The notes: generated by a model not told the origin, from the sequence alone. A stretch of DNA of 60,962 bases, filler included, from 3 parts of 3 records of this genome joined end to end with filler, not necessarily neighbours in it, one strand, 5' to 3'. Counted from the first letter of the whole stretch, positions 43,255 to 53,999 are shown. Numbers and translations are program-made.

Positions 43255-43395
43255 TTTTACCTCCATTAGAACGTCATGAATGACGCATTAATCACCTTGA
43301 TGCATTGACCGAATCCCAAGAATGACACTCAGTGTTCTGCAACGCTGCGATCGGCCCGTCCGAAAAGACGTCCGTGTCGTGATGAGGGGGATACA

Positions 43396-44211
43396 ATGAA
43401 CTTTGCACTTAATCATATGACAGTTCCAAACCTGAGCTACGTCGATTTCCTTGATTTGGCGGCCAAGCTTGAGTGTGTCGGGGTTGAAGTCCGCAACGAT
43501 ATCGATCGTGAACTGTTTGATGGAGTGGACCCCGTTGAAGCAGGTGAGATGGCAAAGGATAGAAGTCTGCGCCTCGTGGGTTTGAGCCAAGTCTATCCGT
43601 TCAACACATGGGACGCAGAACGTGAAGTTGCGGTGCGGGATCTGATTGCAGTCGCAGAGGCCGTAGGCGCCGAAACTATCAGTCTGATCCCGCGTAATGA
43701 CGGAACGGGGTTGGGCAACGGCGAACGCCAAGCCAACCTGCGCGTCGCAATGAAGGCGATTCTGCCGATGCTGATTGACGCAGGTATCGTCGCTTTGGTC
43801 GAGCCGCTTGGCTTTTTGCGGTCGTCGCTGCGCTCAAAATCGGAACTCGTCGATACCATCAACGCAATCCATGGAGACGATCACTTTAAACTGGTGCACG
43901 ATACGTTCCACCACACGCTTGCTGGTGAGAATGCTATTTTCACTCAAGCCACTGGAATTATTCATATCTCAGCAGTTGTCGATCCAGACTTGAAGATCAC
44001 CGAGATGGAAGACGAGCATCGGGTCTTGGTCGATGAGCAAGATCGTCTTGGCAATATCGAACAGATCCGTGCCCTGATTGCGGACGGATACGACGGACCA
44101 ATTTCGTATGAGTGCTTCTCTCCGAGAACCCATGCGATGCCGGATCCCTACTCGGAAATCAAAGCATCATTCGAATTCATTACCTCGCGACTGCGGCAGG
44201 AGGCCGCCTGA
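43396..44211 (+). CDS. TIM-barrel isomerase, 2-keto-myo-inositol isomerase (IolI)-like
   Basis: FALNHM, VEVRND, EPLGF, VHDTFHH, HISAV, SYECFS. Confidence 0.8.
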   Translation: MNFALNHMTVPNLSYVDFLDLAAKLECVGVEVRNDIDRELFDGVDPVEAGEMAKDRSLRLVGLSQVYPFNTWDAEREVAVRDLIAVAEAVGAETISLIPRNDGTGLGNGERQANLRVAMKAILPMLIDAGIVALVEPLGFLRSSLRSKSELVDTINAIHGDDHFKLVHDTFHHTLAGENAIFTQATGIIHISAVVDPDLKITEMEDEHRVLVDEQDRLGNIEQIRALIADGYDGPISYECFSPRTHAMPDPYSEIKASFEFITSRLRQEAA

Positions 44212-44291
44212 GCAAGGGTTTGAATACCCCGAAGATTAAGGGGTTCCGGCAAAAGAAATGGTGTGCCGGACACCACAACGGGAGGAACCCA

Positions 44292-45236
44292 ATGAAAAAG
44301 ACTATTATAGCCGCAGGCCTAGCCTCGCTCTTGTCCACAACGGCCATTGCCGAAAATATCGGCGTTTCCATGGCGCTTTTTGACGACAACTTTCTGACAG
44401 TTCTGCGCAATGGCATCGAAGAGGAAGCCAACGGTATGGACGGTATCGACGTCCAGATCGAGGACGCACAAAATGACGTCGCGCGCCAACTTGATCAGAT
44501 CAACAACTTTATTGCGTCTGGTGTAGACGCGATCATCGTAAACCCTGTTGATACGTCTGCAACACAGGCGATGACCGATGCGGCATCTTCTGCGGGTGTC
44601 CCGCTGGTATTTGTGAACCGTCAGCCGGTAAACGTTGATACGCTACCGGACAACCAGGCTTTCGTAGCTTCCAACGAAATCGAATCCGGCACACTGGAAA
44701 CATTCGAAATCTGTAAGATGCTTCGCGCGCAGGGTCTTGGCGGCGGCGCTCGTGCCTATGTCATGATGGGTGAGCTTTCGAACCAAGCGGCGGTTCAACG
44801 CACCAAAGATATCGAAGACGTTCTTGGCATGGACATGTGTAACTTCATTGAAGTTATCGATCAGCAGACCGCCAACTGGTCGCGCGAGCAGGCAAACTCC
44901 TTGATGACCAACTGGTTGGCATCCAGTGAAGATTTCCACGCCGTTATCACCAACAACGACGAAATGGCACTTGGTGCGATTCAGGCAATGAAAGCCGCAG
45001 GCATTGATATGGCTGACGTTGTTGTCGGCGGAGTTGACGCCACACAAGACGCTCTGGCTGCAATGCAGGCCGGTGACCTTGATGTCACTGTGTTCCAGAA
45101 CGCAGGCGGACAAGGTTCTGGCGCGTTGAACGCAGCGATTGCGCTCGCCAATGGCGAAGAAGTGGATCAAAAAGTTTACATCCCATTCGAGCTCGTGACA
45201 CCAGCCAACATTGGCGACTACCTTTCACAAAACTAG
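44292..45236 (+). CDS. Rhizopine/inositol-binding periplasmic protein (MocB-like)
   Basis: IGVSMALFDDNF, QAFVASNE, MGELSNQAA, NNDEMA, YIPFELVT as in rhizobial MocB-type proteins; RBS GGAGG. Confidence 0.88.
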   Translation: MKKTIIAAGLASLLSTTAIAENIGVSMALFDDNFLTVLRNGIEEEANGMDGIDVQIEDAQNDVARQLDQINNFIASGVDAIIVNPVDTSATQAMTDAASSAGVPLVFVNRQPVNVDTLPDNQAFVASNEIESGTLETFEICKMLRAQGLGGGARAYVMMGELSNQAAVQRTKDIEDVLGMDMCNFIEVIDQQTANWSREQANSLMTNWLASSEDFHAVITNNDEMALGAIQAMKAAGIDMADVVVGGVDATQDALAAMQAGDLDVTVFQNAGGQGSGALNAAIALANGEEVDQKVYIPFELVTPANIGDYLSQN

Positions 45237-45256
45237 GCCAACCGGCTTAGCAAATT

Positions 45257-45285
45257 GGAGCGGCGCACAAAATGCGCGCCGCTCC
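45257..45285 (+). terminator. Intercistronic hairpin after SBP gene 2
   Basis: GGAGCGGCGC...GCGCCGCTCC inverted repeat. Confidence 0.55.
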
Positions 45286-45331
45286 GGCAATTCGGCGTAT
45301 CATCGGGCGGGAGCGGCTTGAGGGGGAAAAC

Positions 45332-46417
45332 ATGGCAGATCAAACATCACACGGCATAGGAGGACTGACTTACGATAAGTCCAAGCGCGCATGGCCGAAC
45401 GAGGCCAACGTATTTATCGCGCTCGTTCTAATTATTTTGGCGTTTGAAGCCTTGGGGCAAATTCTGCCCTATATGGACAACACGAGCATGTTGTTTGACT
45501 TCAACACTAACCGCGACGGCACAATATTGAACGTCGCGAGGATCAAGATTGTGATCTTGCAGGTGTCGATCATCGGGATCATTTCGCTTGGAGTAACGCA
45601 GGTCATTATCTCCGGTGGTATTGATCTATCATCCGGCCCATTGGTCGGTGCGGCGGCTATGATCGTGATGTCGTTTGGTCAAACGGAACTTGTAAACGGT
45701 CAAATCAACCCCAAAGCGGTTTTCGGGCCTTGGGCTTTTGATCGCCCTGTTATCGTGCCGATACTTGCCGGCCTGGCGTTTGGCGCGCTGATAGGGTGTG
45801 TCAATGGCAGTCTGATCGCGTTCACGCGCATCCCACCTTTTATTGCGACGCTTGGCATGTTCCTGATTTGCCGCGGCATTTCGCAATGGTGGACCAAGGG
45901 GCAGCCAGTGTCTTTCCCTACCGAGCAATTCGCTGCGATCGGGTCGGGTATGATGCCCGTTGTGTGGTTTGCTCTACTTGCGATCCTTTTGTTCTTCATA
46001 ATGAAATTCACCGTCTACGGAAAACATACCTATGCGATTGGATCTAACGAAGACGCGGCACGCATGTCAGGTATAAACGTCAAGCGCCACAAAGTCCTCG
46101 TCTATATGATCGCCTCAATGCTGGCAGCTTTTGCAGCGGTTGTGTTGAGTTCAAAGAACCTGACGGCACAGGCGGGCATGGGGCAATTTTACGAACTTTA
46201 TGCGATTGCCATGGCGGTTATCGGCGGGGTCAGCCTGACAGGAGGTCGTGGATCTATTGTCGGCACAGTTCTTGGGGCCATGGTGTTCGGAGTCATCCAG
46301 TCCGGTTTCACGTTCATCAAGCTCGACGCGTTCTACCAACTTATGGCGATGGGTACGATTATCATCGGTGCGGTGGTGTTGGATCAGTATCGCCAGCAAC
46401 GGTCTATGGCCGGTTAA
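45332..46417 (+). CDS. Sugar ABC transporter permease 2
   Basis: GGIDLSSG, IPPFIATLG, AIGSNEDAARMSGI, VIGGVSLTGGRG. Confidence 0.92.
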   Translation: MADQTSHGIGGLTYDKSKRAWPNEANVFIALVLIILAFEALGQILPYMDNTSMLFDFNTNRDGTILNVARIKIVILQVSIIGIISLGVTQVIISGGIDLSSGPLVGAAAMIVMSFGQTELVNGQINPKAVFGPWAFDRPVIVPILAGLAFGALIGCVNGSLIAFTRIPPFIATLGMFLICRGISQWWTKGQPVSFPTEQFAAIGSGMMPVVWFALLAILLFFIMKFTVYGKHTYAIGSNEDAARMSGINVKRHKVLVYMIASMLAAFAAVVLSSKNLTAQAGMGQFYELYAIAMAVIGGVSLTGGRGSIVGTVLGAMVFGVIQSGFTFIKLDAFYQLMAMGTIIIGAVVLDQYRQQRSMAG

Positions 46418-46430
46418 AAGGAAATTTCAT

Positions 46431-47213
46431 ATGAGCAATAATATCATCCTAGAAACGCGCGATCTAACGAAACACTATGGTGGCGTGCATGCCCTCGAAG
46501 GCGCTAATTTCAAACTGCGCGACGGGGAACACATTGCGATCATGGGCGACAACGGGGCCGGAAAATCGACTTTCGTGCGCCAGATCACAGGTGTCGAGCA
46601 GCGTACCCGAGGCGACATTATTTTCGGCGGCAAACCTGTGCAATTCTCGGGCCCACTAGACGCACGAGAGGCCGGTATTGAAACCGTGTTCCAGACTTTG
46701 GCGCTGGCCGATGATCTGGACGTGCCGGATAATCTTTTTCTTGGGCGGGAAATCACGAAATGGAATTTTCTTGGTCCGTTCCGGCGACTTGATTACCGTG
46801 CGATGCGCGAGGCTACCCTTGCCGGGCTTGAGAAAACGGCGGTGAAAATTCCCAACATCCGCAATTCAATCCGCAACATGTCGGGGGGGCAGCGACAGTG
46901 CGTGGCAATCGCCCGTACAGCGACGTTCCACTCCAAGCTAACGATTATGGATGAGCCCACGGCGGCATTGGGCGTGCAGGAAACCGCGCAGGTAGAGAAC
47001 ATCATCCGAACTCTCAAAGAAGCGGGTGAACCCCTTATTCTGGTCAGCCACAATATGCGTCAGGTGTTTGAGCTTGTGGACCGTGTCGTTGTGTTCCGGC
47101 GCGGACGGATTTGCGCTGACCTGGACATTACCAAGGGCGACATCACAGGCGAGGATGTTGTCGCTTATATCACCGGAGCCAAGACACAAGAGGGCTATGA
47201 AGACGCGGCCTAG
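46431..47213 (+). CDS. Sugar ABC transporter ATP-binding protein 2 (single NBD)
   Basis: [24 protein letters not shown]; start reset to MSNNII. Confidence 0.94.
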   Translation: MSNNIILETRDLTKHYGGVHALEGANFKLRDGEHIAIMGDNGAGKSTFVRQITGVEQRTRGDIIFGGKPVQFSGPLDAREAGIETVFQTLALADDLDVPDNLFLGREITKWNFLGPFRRLDYRAMREATLAGLEKTAVKIPNIRNSIRNMSGGQRQCVAIARTATFHSKLTIMDEPTAALGVQETAQVENIIRTLKEAGEPLILVSHNMRQVFELVDRVVVFRRGRICADLDITKGDITGEDVVAYITGAKTQEGYEDAA

Positions 47214-47272
47214 CGACTTTGCCTTTTGGCACTAGAGGCGGGCCGTCTAAACCATTTAGATTTGAGGCATCC

Positions 47273-48343
47273 ATGAAACTTGGACTTGTAGGCTACGGTT
47301 TCGGTGGCCGGATTTTTCACGCGCCGTTCATTCAGGCCGCTGACGGCGTCGAGATCGGCGGCGTGGTGGCGCGGTCGGCCGACAAGATCGCGCAGATAGC
47401 CGTCGATCTCCCCGGTGTTCCGGTCTTTGCGAGTCTGTCCGATCTGATCGCAGATGGCAGCTTCGACGTGGTGACAATCACAACCCCGCCCGCGACACAT
47501 ACGCCTTTGACGCTTGAGGCTATTGAAGCCGGATTGCACGTGGTCTGCGACAAACCGTTCTCGATGAATCTTCGGGATGCCGCCCAAATGGCTGGGGCAG
47601 CGAAGCAGAAGGGCGTTTTGCTGAATGTGTTTCAGAACCGTCGGCGCGACACCGATTTGGTTACACTGGCTTCCTTGATTGATGCAGGAGAATTGGGGGA
47701 TATCCAGCGCGTCCACAATCGGATGGACTTCGATCAGATAGAAACGCTAGAGCGAGGGCCAGATGGAGGTTTGTTGCGCGATCTGGGAAGTCATCTCGTG
47801 GATCAAATGCTCTGGCTGTTAGGGCCAGTTGAGTTTGTTGATGCGCAAATCAACCATCTCGAATTTTCTGAAGGCCGCACGGACGCAGATTTCGTGATCC
47901 ACCTGCGCCACGTTAGCGGCGCTCACAGCTATGTTTCCGCGAGCAGAGCCAATCATTTCGATGCCCGTGAACTTCGGGTTTACGGGACAAAGGGCGCTTA
48001 CGTTGTCAATGGCACCGACGTGCAGGCCCGCGCGGCCATTGATGGCAAACGACCCGCTACCTCCGACAATTGGGGCGAGGAACCGCAATCGGCTTGGGGA
48101 ACGCTTTATTATGAAAGCGGCCCGCGCAGCATTCCGTCCCTTCGATCCGATTACAGCGATTACTACACCGAATTTGCCAAAGCAGTTCGGGATGGCACAG
48201 ATGGGCCAGTCCCTGCGCGCCAATCTTTACGAACTGTCGAAGTGCTGGACGCGGCGCGCATCGCCGCTGCATCAGGGCAGATTGTTCAACTTGATTCAAC
48301 ACTACAACAAACCGACACACCGGTAGACTGGAGACTATTATGA
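47273..48343 (+). CDS. Gfo/Idh/MocA oxidoreductase, IolW/YdgJ (scyllo-inositol dehydrogenase)-like
   Basis: GLVGYGFGGRIFHAP, VVCDKPF, FQNRR, DLGSHLVDQ. Confidence 0.85.
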   Translation: MKLGLVGYGFGGRIFHAPFIQAADGVEIGGVVARSADKIAQIAVDLPGVPVFASLSDLIADGSFDVVTITTPPATHTPLTLEAIEAGLHVVCDKPFSMNLRDAAQMAGAAKQKGVLLNVFQNRRRDTDLVTLASLIDAGELGDIQRVHNRMDFDQIETLERGPDGGLLRDLGSHLVDQMLWLLGPVEFVDAQINHLEFSEGRTDADFVIHLRHVSGAHSYVSASRANHFDARELRVYGTKGAYVVNGTDVQARAAIDGKRPATSDNWGEEPQSAWGTLYYESGPRSIPSLRSDYSDYYTEFAKAVRDGTDGPVPARQSLRTVEVLDAARIAAASGQIVQLDSTLQQTDTPVDWRLL

Positions 48344-49350
48344 CCGTTCGTTTTGCAATTCTGGGTGCTGGTCGGATCGGCCAGGTTCATGCCCGCGCTG
48401 TCGCTTCAACCGAGGGCGCGTCCCTTGTCGCAATCGCCGATCCTATGGCGGCTGCGGCGCAAAAAGTGGCTGACAATTACGGTTGCGACATCCGCTCTAT
48501 TGACGCGATTGCCGCAAGCGATGATGTCGATGCCGTGGCTATTTGTACGCCGACAGACACTCACGCCGACTTGATTGAGCAATTTGCCGGCGCCGGAAAG
48601 GCAGTGTTCTGCGAAAAGCCGATCGATCTTGATCTGGAGCGGGTCAAGGATTGCCTCAAGACCGTCAGCGAAGAAAACGCGACCTTGATGGTTGGCTTCA
48701 ATCGTCGGTTCGACCCTGATTTTATGACGTTGAAGAAGGCTATTGACGACGGCAAGATCGGTGACGTCGAGATGGTCACGATTTCCAGCCGCGATCCCGG
48801 CGCACCACCTGCGGAATACATCAAGGTGTCGGGCGGTATTTTCCGCGACATGACAATTCATGATTTTGACGTGGCGAGATGGTTGCTGGGTGAAGAAATC
48901 GCAACCGTGCAAGCGGCGGCATCTGTCCTGACCGACCCCGAGATCGGTAAGCTGGGCGACTACGACAGCGTCAACGTCATCCTGACGACGGAAAGCGGAA
49001 AACAATGCACCATCACCAATTCGCGTCGTGCAACCTATGGCTACGACCAGCGGATTGAGGTTTTGGGATCCAAGGGGTCAGTCGCGGCCGAAAACATGCG
49101 CGAAGCCAACATCGTGTTGGCGGACGAGAGCGGGTTCCACCAGCCGCCGTTGCTCGACTTCTTCATGACGCGCTATATCGCTGCTTATGCCAACGAGATA
49201 GCCGGATTTGTTGCAGCCGTTTCGGGCAAGACCGCAACGCCAACCACCGGCCACGACGGAATGGTGGCGCTGGCACTGGCGGATGCGGCTTTGTTGTCAG
49301 TGGCGGAGCAGCGCGTGGTGAAATTGTCGGAACTAAAGGTTTCGACATGA
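48340..49350 (+). CDS. iolG: myo-Inositol 2-dehydrogenase
   Basis: GAGRIG, FCEKP, GFNRRFDP, SGGIFRDMTIHDFD, YGYDQRIE. Confidence 0.93.
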   Translation: MTVRFAILGAGRIGQVHARAVASTEGASLVAIADPMAAAAQKVADNYGCDIRSIDAIAASDDVDAVAICTPTDTHADLIEQFAGAGKAVFCEKPIDLDLERVKDCLKTVSEENATLMVGFNRRFDPDFMTLKKAIDDGKIGDVEMVTISSRDPGAPPAEYIKVSGGIFRDMTIHDFDVARWLLGEEIATVQAAASVLTDPEIGKLGDYDSVNVILTTESGKQCTITNSRRATYGYDQRIEVLGSKGSVAAENMREANIVLADESGFHQPPLLDFFMTRYIAAYANEIAGFVAAVSGKTATPTTGHDGMVALALADAALLSVAEQRVVKLSELKVST

Positions 49351-51272
49351 CCAAGACCCTTGATTTAATCACGATTGGTCGAAGTTCGGTTGATCTCTAT
49401 GGCGTGCAGATTGGTGGACGCCTAGAGGACATGGGGGCGTTTGATAAATATATCGGTGGCTCACCAACGAATATCGCCTGTGGGACTGCGCGGTTGGGGT
49501 TGAAGTCTGGGGTTGTCACGGCGGTTGGTGATGAACACATGGGCCGCTTCATTAAGGAACAACTGGCGCGGGAAGGTGTGAGCACGAAGGGGGTGAAAGT
49601 TGACCCTGACCGCCTGACGGCACTGGTGTTGTTGGGTATCCGCGACAGCGAACAATTCCCGTTGATATTCTATCGCGAGAACTGCGCCGATATGGGACTG
49701 ACGGTGGATGATGTCGACGAGGAGTTTATTATGTCGGCCCGTGCAGTGGTGGCGACAGGCACACACCTGAGCCATCCGCAGGTCGAGGCGGCGACGCTGA
49801 AGGCATTAGAAATCGCGCGGACTAATGACATGCAGACCGCGCTTGATATTGATTACCGTCCAAACTTGTGGGGCGTTGCGGGCCACGGTGATGGCGAAAG
49901 CCGTTTTGTTGAAAGCGCGGAAGTTACGTCCAAGCTTCAGACCACTTTGCATTTGTTTGATTTGATCGTGGGCACCGAAGAGGAGTTCCACATAGCTGGG
50001 GGCACCACCGACACCATCGCGGCGCTACGGGCCGTCCGCGCCGTGTCAGGTGCAACTTTGGTGTGTAAGCGCGGCGCGGATGGTGCGGTGGCGTTTACGG
50101 GTGACATTCCGGAGATCCTTGACGATGGCCAATCCGGTCCGGGCTTTCCGATTGAGGTCTTTAATGTCTTGGGCGCGGGCGACGGCTTTATGTCCGGCCT
50201 TCTCAAGGGGTGGCTGGACGGTGAGGATTGGGCAAACACGTTGAAATATGCCAATGCCTGTGGCGCCTTTGCCGTTTCGCGACACGGTTGCACTCCAGCT
50301 TATCCATCTTGGGACGAACTCCAGTTTTTCTTTGAGCGCGGCATCAAGCAACCCGATCTGCGCAACGATGTCGAACTGGAACAGGTCCACTGGGCTACGA
50401 ACCGTCGGGGCACTTGGTCTTCGGTCAAAACTTTCGCGTTTGATCACCGTTTGCAGCTTGAAGAGATGGACGGGTACAGCCTGAAGAAAGCCGGTGCCTT
50501 TAAACGACTCTGCCTTGATGCGGCTCTGCAAGTGCAGAACGGGCAGCCGGGTTTCGGAATTCTATGTGACAACCGGATCGGGCGTCGCGCGCTTCATGCC
50601 GCCAGCGGATCAGGACTGTGGATTGGCAGACCGACAGAATTGCCAGGATCACGCCCGATCGAGTTTGAGCCGGAGTTGGGCGAGGATTTTGGCCAATTGC
50701 GAGAATGGCCGAGAGAGAATGTCGTGAAACTGTTGGTCTTTTGTCATCCAGATGATGACGTCGATACAAAGAAGACTCAGGAGGAGCGGGTTAAGCGCCT
50801 ATTTACGGCGGCGCGGCGCAACGATTTGGAATTCCTGCTTGAGGTGATCCCATCCAAGGTTGGCCCCGTCGATGATATGACGACGCCAAAACTGATCCAG
50901 CAATTTTACGATGTCGGCGTCTATCCCGATTGGTGGAAGCTTGAACCGTTCAAGACTGACGCCGCATGGTCCAACGCGGTAGAGGCAATCGAGCGCAACG
51001 ATTCGCGCACGCGCGGGATTGTGGTTCTGGGTCTTGATGCCCCCCAGAGCGAGCTTGCAGCGTCTTTTGCGCTCGCGGCGAGACAGCCGTTGGTCAAAGG
51101 GTTTGCTGTTGGCCGCACCATCTTTGGTGATGCGGCGCGTGCATGGATGCAAAATGAAATGTCGGACGCTGACGCGGTTGATCATATGGCGGCTCGCTTC
51201 GCAGGGCTTTGCGACGTCTGGGATGCGGCGCGTGTTGATGCCCGATTGAATAGGGAAAAAGCTAATGGTTAA
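49347..51272 (+). CDS. iolC: 5-dehydro-2-deoxygluconokinase with C-terminal DUF2090 aldolase domain
   Basis: GRSSVDLYG, DIDYRP, NVLGAGDGF, FAFDHR, PDWWKLEP, GFAVGRTIF. Confidence 0.95.
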   Translation: MTKTLDLITIGRSSVDLYGVQIGGRLEDMGAFDKYIGGSPTNIACGTARLGLKSGVVTAVGDEHMGRFIKEQLAREGVSTKGVKVDPDRLTALVLLGIRDSEQFPLIFYRENCADMGLTVDDVDEEFIMSARAVVATGTHLSHPQVEAATLKALEIARTNDMQTALDIDYRPNLWGVAGHGDGESRFVESAEVTSKLQTTLHLFDLIVGTEEEFHIAGGTTDTIAALRAVRAVSGATLVCKRGADGAVAFTGDIPEILDDGQSGPGFPIEVFNVLGAGDGFMSGLLKGWLDGEDWANTLKYANACGAFAVSRHGCTPAYPSWDELQFFFERGIKQPDLRNDVELEQVHWATNRRGTWSSVKTFAFDHRLQLEEMDGYSLKKAGAFKRLCLDAALQVQNGQPGFGILCDNRIGRRALHAASGSGLWIGRPTELPGSRPIEFEPELGEDFGQLREWPRENVVKLLVFCHPDDDVDTKKTQEERVKRLFTAARRNDLEFLLEVIPSKVGPVDDMTTPKLIQQFYDVGVYPDWWKLEPFKTDAAWSNAVEAIERNDSRTRGIVVLGLDAPQSELAASFALAARQPLVKGFAVGRTIFGDAARAWMQNEMSDADAVDHMAARFAGLCDVWDAARVDARLNREKANG

Positions 51273-53094
51273 TACAATTCGACTGACAGCGGCGCAGGCC
51301 ATGGTGAAATTTGTTGCGGCCCAGAAAACCGAAACCGGAGAGCCGTTTATCGCCGGATGTTGGGCTATTTTTGGTCACGGGAATGTCGCGGGGGTGGGTG
51401 AGGCGCTGTACCAAGCGCAAGACGACCTGCCGACGTGGCGCGGGCACAATGAACAGACAATGGCACACGCAGCGATCGCCTATGCCAAACAATTAGGCCG
51501 CAAGCGGGCAATGATGGTCAGCTCTTCCATCGGGCCGGGAGCCACCAATATGGTCACCGCCGCCGCTTTGGCCCACGTGAATCGCCTACCAGTTCTTTTG
51601 GTGCCGGGAGATGTGTTTGCCAATCGCGGTCCTGATCCGGTTCTGCAACAAGTCGAGGATTTCAACGACGGCACGGTAAGCGCAAACGACGTGTTCAAAC
51701 CTGTCAGTCGTTATTTTGACCGCATCACACGGCCCGAACAATTGTTGACGGCATTGCCGCGTGCCTTTCGCACAATGACCGATCCTGCGGATTGTGGTCC
51801 AGTGACATTGGCATTCTGTCAGGATGTGCAGGCAGAGGCCTTCGACTATCCCGAAAGCTTTTTTGCGCCCAAGGTCTGGGTCGCGCGCCGGATGCGTCCG
51901 GACGTTGATGAATTGGCCGCGATGGCGGATGCAATCAGGGCCGCCAAGCGTCCGATCATCGTTGCGGGTGGCGGGGTGCACTATTCGGGCGCAACGGAGG
52001 CCTTGCGCAGCTTTGCCGAGGCACACAATATTCCCATTGCTGAAACGCAGGCGGGGAAATCCGCGCTTCCATGGGACCATCCTCTCAATCTGGGGCCGAT
52101 CGGGGTGACGGGGGGTGCGCCAGCGAATACGGTGTGCGCCGAGGCTGATTTGGTGTTCGGCGTCGGCACACGGTTTCAGGATTTCACCACTGGGTCATGG
52201 GGATTGTTCGCCAATCCCGTTCGTCGGATCGCCTGTCTGAACGTGGCGGCCTATGATGCGGCCAAGCATGACGCTTTGCCGCTTTTGGCGGACGCAAGGG
52301 CGGGGCTTGGCGAATTGTCTGCCGCTCTGGGAAAACATCAATCGACGGCTGGGATTGACGGCCTGACATCCGACTGGTTTGACAAGGTTGATCCCTTGAC
52401 CACCGCGCCGGATGGCAATGCGCTTCCTACCGACATGCAGGTCGTGGGTGCGGTGCAACGCGCGGCAACTGACGACACGGTTGTGATGTGCGCAGCGGGC
52501 ACGATGCCCGGTGAGCTCCATAAGTTGTGGAAATCCAGCCGCCCGATGTCTTATCACATGGAATACGGTTTCAGCTGTATGGGCTATGAGATTGCGGGCG
52601 CTATGGGCATCAAGATGGCGCAACCAGACCGCGATGTGATCTGCTTCACTGGCGACGGCACCTATATGATGGCGAATTCAGAAATGGCGACAGCGGCGAT
52701 GATGGGCATTTCGTTTACTGTCTTGGTGACGGACAATCGCGGCTATGGTTGTATCAACAGGCTGCAAATAGGCACAGGTGGGGCAGAGTTTAACAACCTG
52801 CTAGACCATTCAGTGCACTCACAGCCCTCTGCCATCGACTTTGCGGCCCATGCGGCCTCAATGGGGGCGACGAGCGTTAAGGTTACCTCCATTGCCGATC
52901 TGGAACTGGCTTTGTCAAAGCGGGGCGATGTGGCGGGACCATATGTTGTGGTGATTGACACCGATCCGTATCCCTCGACCGAACACGGCGGCACATGGTG
53001 GGACGTTGCTGTGCCACAGGTATCCAAGCGCGATAAAATAAACGCAGCACGATCCGCATATGAAATTAATAAAACAAAGCAAAGGACAGACTGA
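51265..53094 (+). CDS. iolD: 3D-(3,5/4)-trihydroxycyclohexane-1,2-dione acylhydrolase
   Basis: AIFGHGNVAG, PDPVLQQ, YHMEYGFSCMGYEI, WWDVAVP. Confidence 0.96.
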   Translation: MVNTIRLTAAQAMVKFVAAQKTETGEPFIAGCWAIFGHGNVAGVGEALYQAQDDLPTWRGHNEQTMAHAAIAYAKQLGRKRAMMVSSSIGPGATNMVTAAALAHVNRLPVLLVPGDVFANRGPDPVLQQVEDFNDGTVSANDVFKPVSRYFDRITRPEQLLTALPRAFRTMTDPADCGPVTLAFCQDVQAEAFDYPESFFAPKVWVARRMRPDVDELAAMADAIRAAKRPIIVAGGGVHYSGATEALRSFAEAHNIPIAETQAGKSALPWDHPLNLGPIGVTGGAPANTVCAEADLVFGVGTRFQDFTTGSWGLFANPVRRIACLNVAAYDAAKHDALPLLADARAGLGELSAALGKHQSTAGIDGLTSDWFDKVDPLTTAPDGNALPTDMQVVGAVQRAATDDTVVMCAAGTMPGELHKLWKSSRPMSYHMEYGFSCMGYEIAGAMGIKMAQPDRDVICFTGDGTYMMANSEMATAAMMGISFTVLVTDNRGYGCINRLQIGTGGAEFNNLLDHSVHSQPSAIDFAAHAASMGATSVKVTSIADLELALSKRGDVAGPYVVVIDTDPYPSTEHGGTWWDVAVPQVSKRDKINAARSAYEINKTKQRTD

Positions 53095-53999
53095 TGGCTG
53101 TCAAAATTGGCATTTCCCTAATCGCTTGGCAGAACGATGACCTGCCGGACTTGACCGCCGGATTCACGACCGAGGGCGCAATGGAGGACGCAGGGCGCAT
53201 CGGCTATCAGGGTGTCGAACGCGGCCGCCGGATGCCAGCCGATACGGATGGGCTGCGCAGCTATCTCGACCGTTACGGCGTGTCGCTGTGTGGGGGGTGG
53301 TGTTCAGGCAGCCTGATGACCGCCTCGCTCGAGGATGAGAAAGCCGCCGTGCTTCAACAAGTAGAACAATTCGTGGCACTTGATGCGCCTTGCATCGTTT
53401 ACGCTGAATGTTCGAACAGCGTGCAGGGCGACCTTTCTATGCCCGTTCGTAACCGCCCGAAGTTAAGCCGTGACGACGTGAAATCCTACGCATTAAAGCT
53501 GACGGAACTAGCCAAATGGATGTCGGACAAGGGGATGAGGCTGTCATATCACCACCATATGGGCAGCATGATTGAAGACTCCGAAGACATAGATTGGCTC
53601 ATGGAGGGGTCGGGCCCCGAAGTGACGCTGCTATATGATACAGGCCATTTGCTATTTGCGGGGGCCGACCCGCTGGAGGTACTCGATCGATGGGGTGACC
53701 GCGTGCACCATGTTCATTTCAAAGACGTGCGTCCCGACAAGATGGCATGGGTTCGCACAGAAAATCGCAGCTTTCTGGATGGCGTGCGGGCAGGGGTTTA
53801 CTCAGTACCAGGCGATCCCGAAGGCTGCATTGATTTTCAGGCAATAACAGATCGGCTTAAGGCGATGGATTATGGCGGCTGGATTGTGGTCGAGGCTGAG
53901 CAAGATCCGGCGCTGGCTCCGCCGTATGAATATTCAAAGTTGGGCTATGATCATATCGTCGACATTTGTGGCCGCTCTGGCCTGACACTCAAAAACTGA
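53094..53999 (+). CDS. iolE: Inosose dehydratase
   Basis: AWQNDD, YHHHMG, DTGH, HVHFKD, WIVVEAEQDP. Confidence 0.95.
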   Translation: MAVKIGISLIAWQNDDLPDLTAGFTTEGAMEDAGRIGYQGVERGRRMPADTDGLRSYLDRYGVSLCGGWCSGSLMTASLEDEKAAVLQQVEQFVALDAPCIVYAECSNSVQGDLSMPVRNRPKLSRDDVKSYALKLTELAKWMSDKGMRLSYHHHMGSMIEDSEDIDWLMEGSGPEVTLLYDTGHLLFAGADPLEVLDRWGDRVHHVHFKDVRPDKMAWVRTENRSFLDGVRAGVYSVPGDPEGCIDFQAITDRLKAMDYGGWIVVEAEQDPALAPPYEYSKLGYDHIVDICGRSGLTLKN

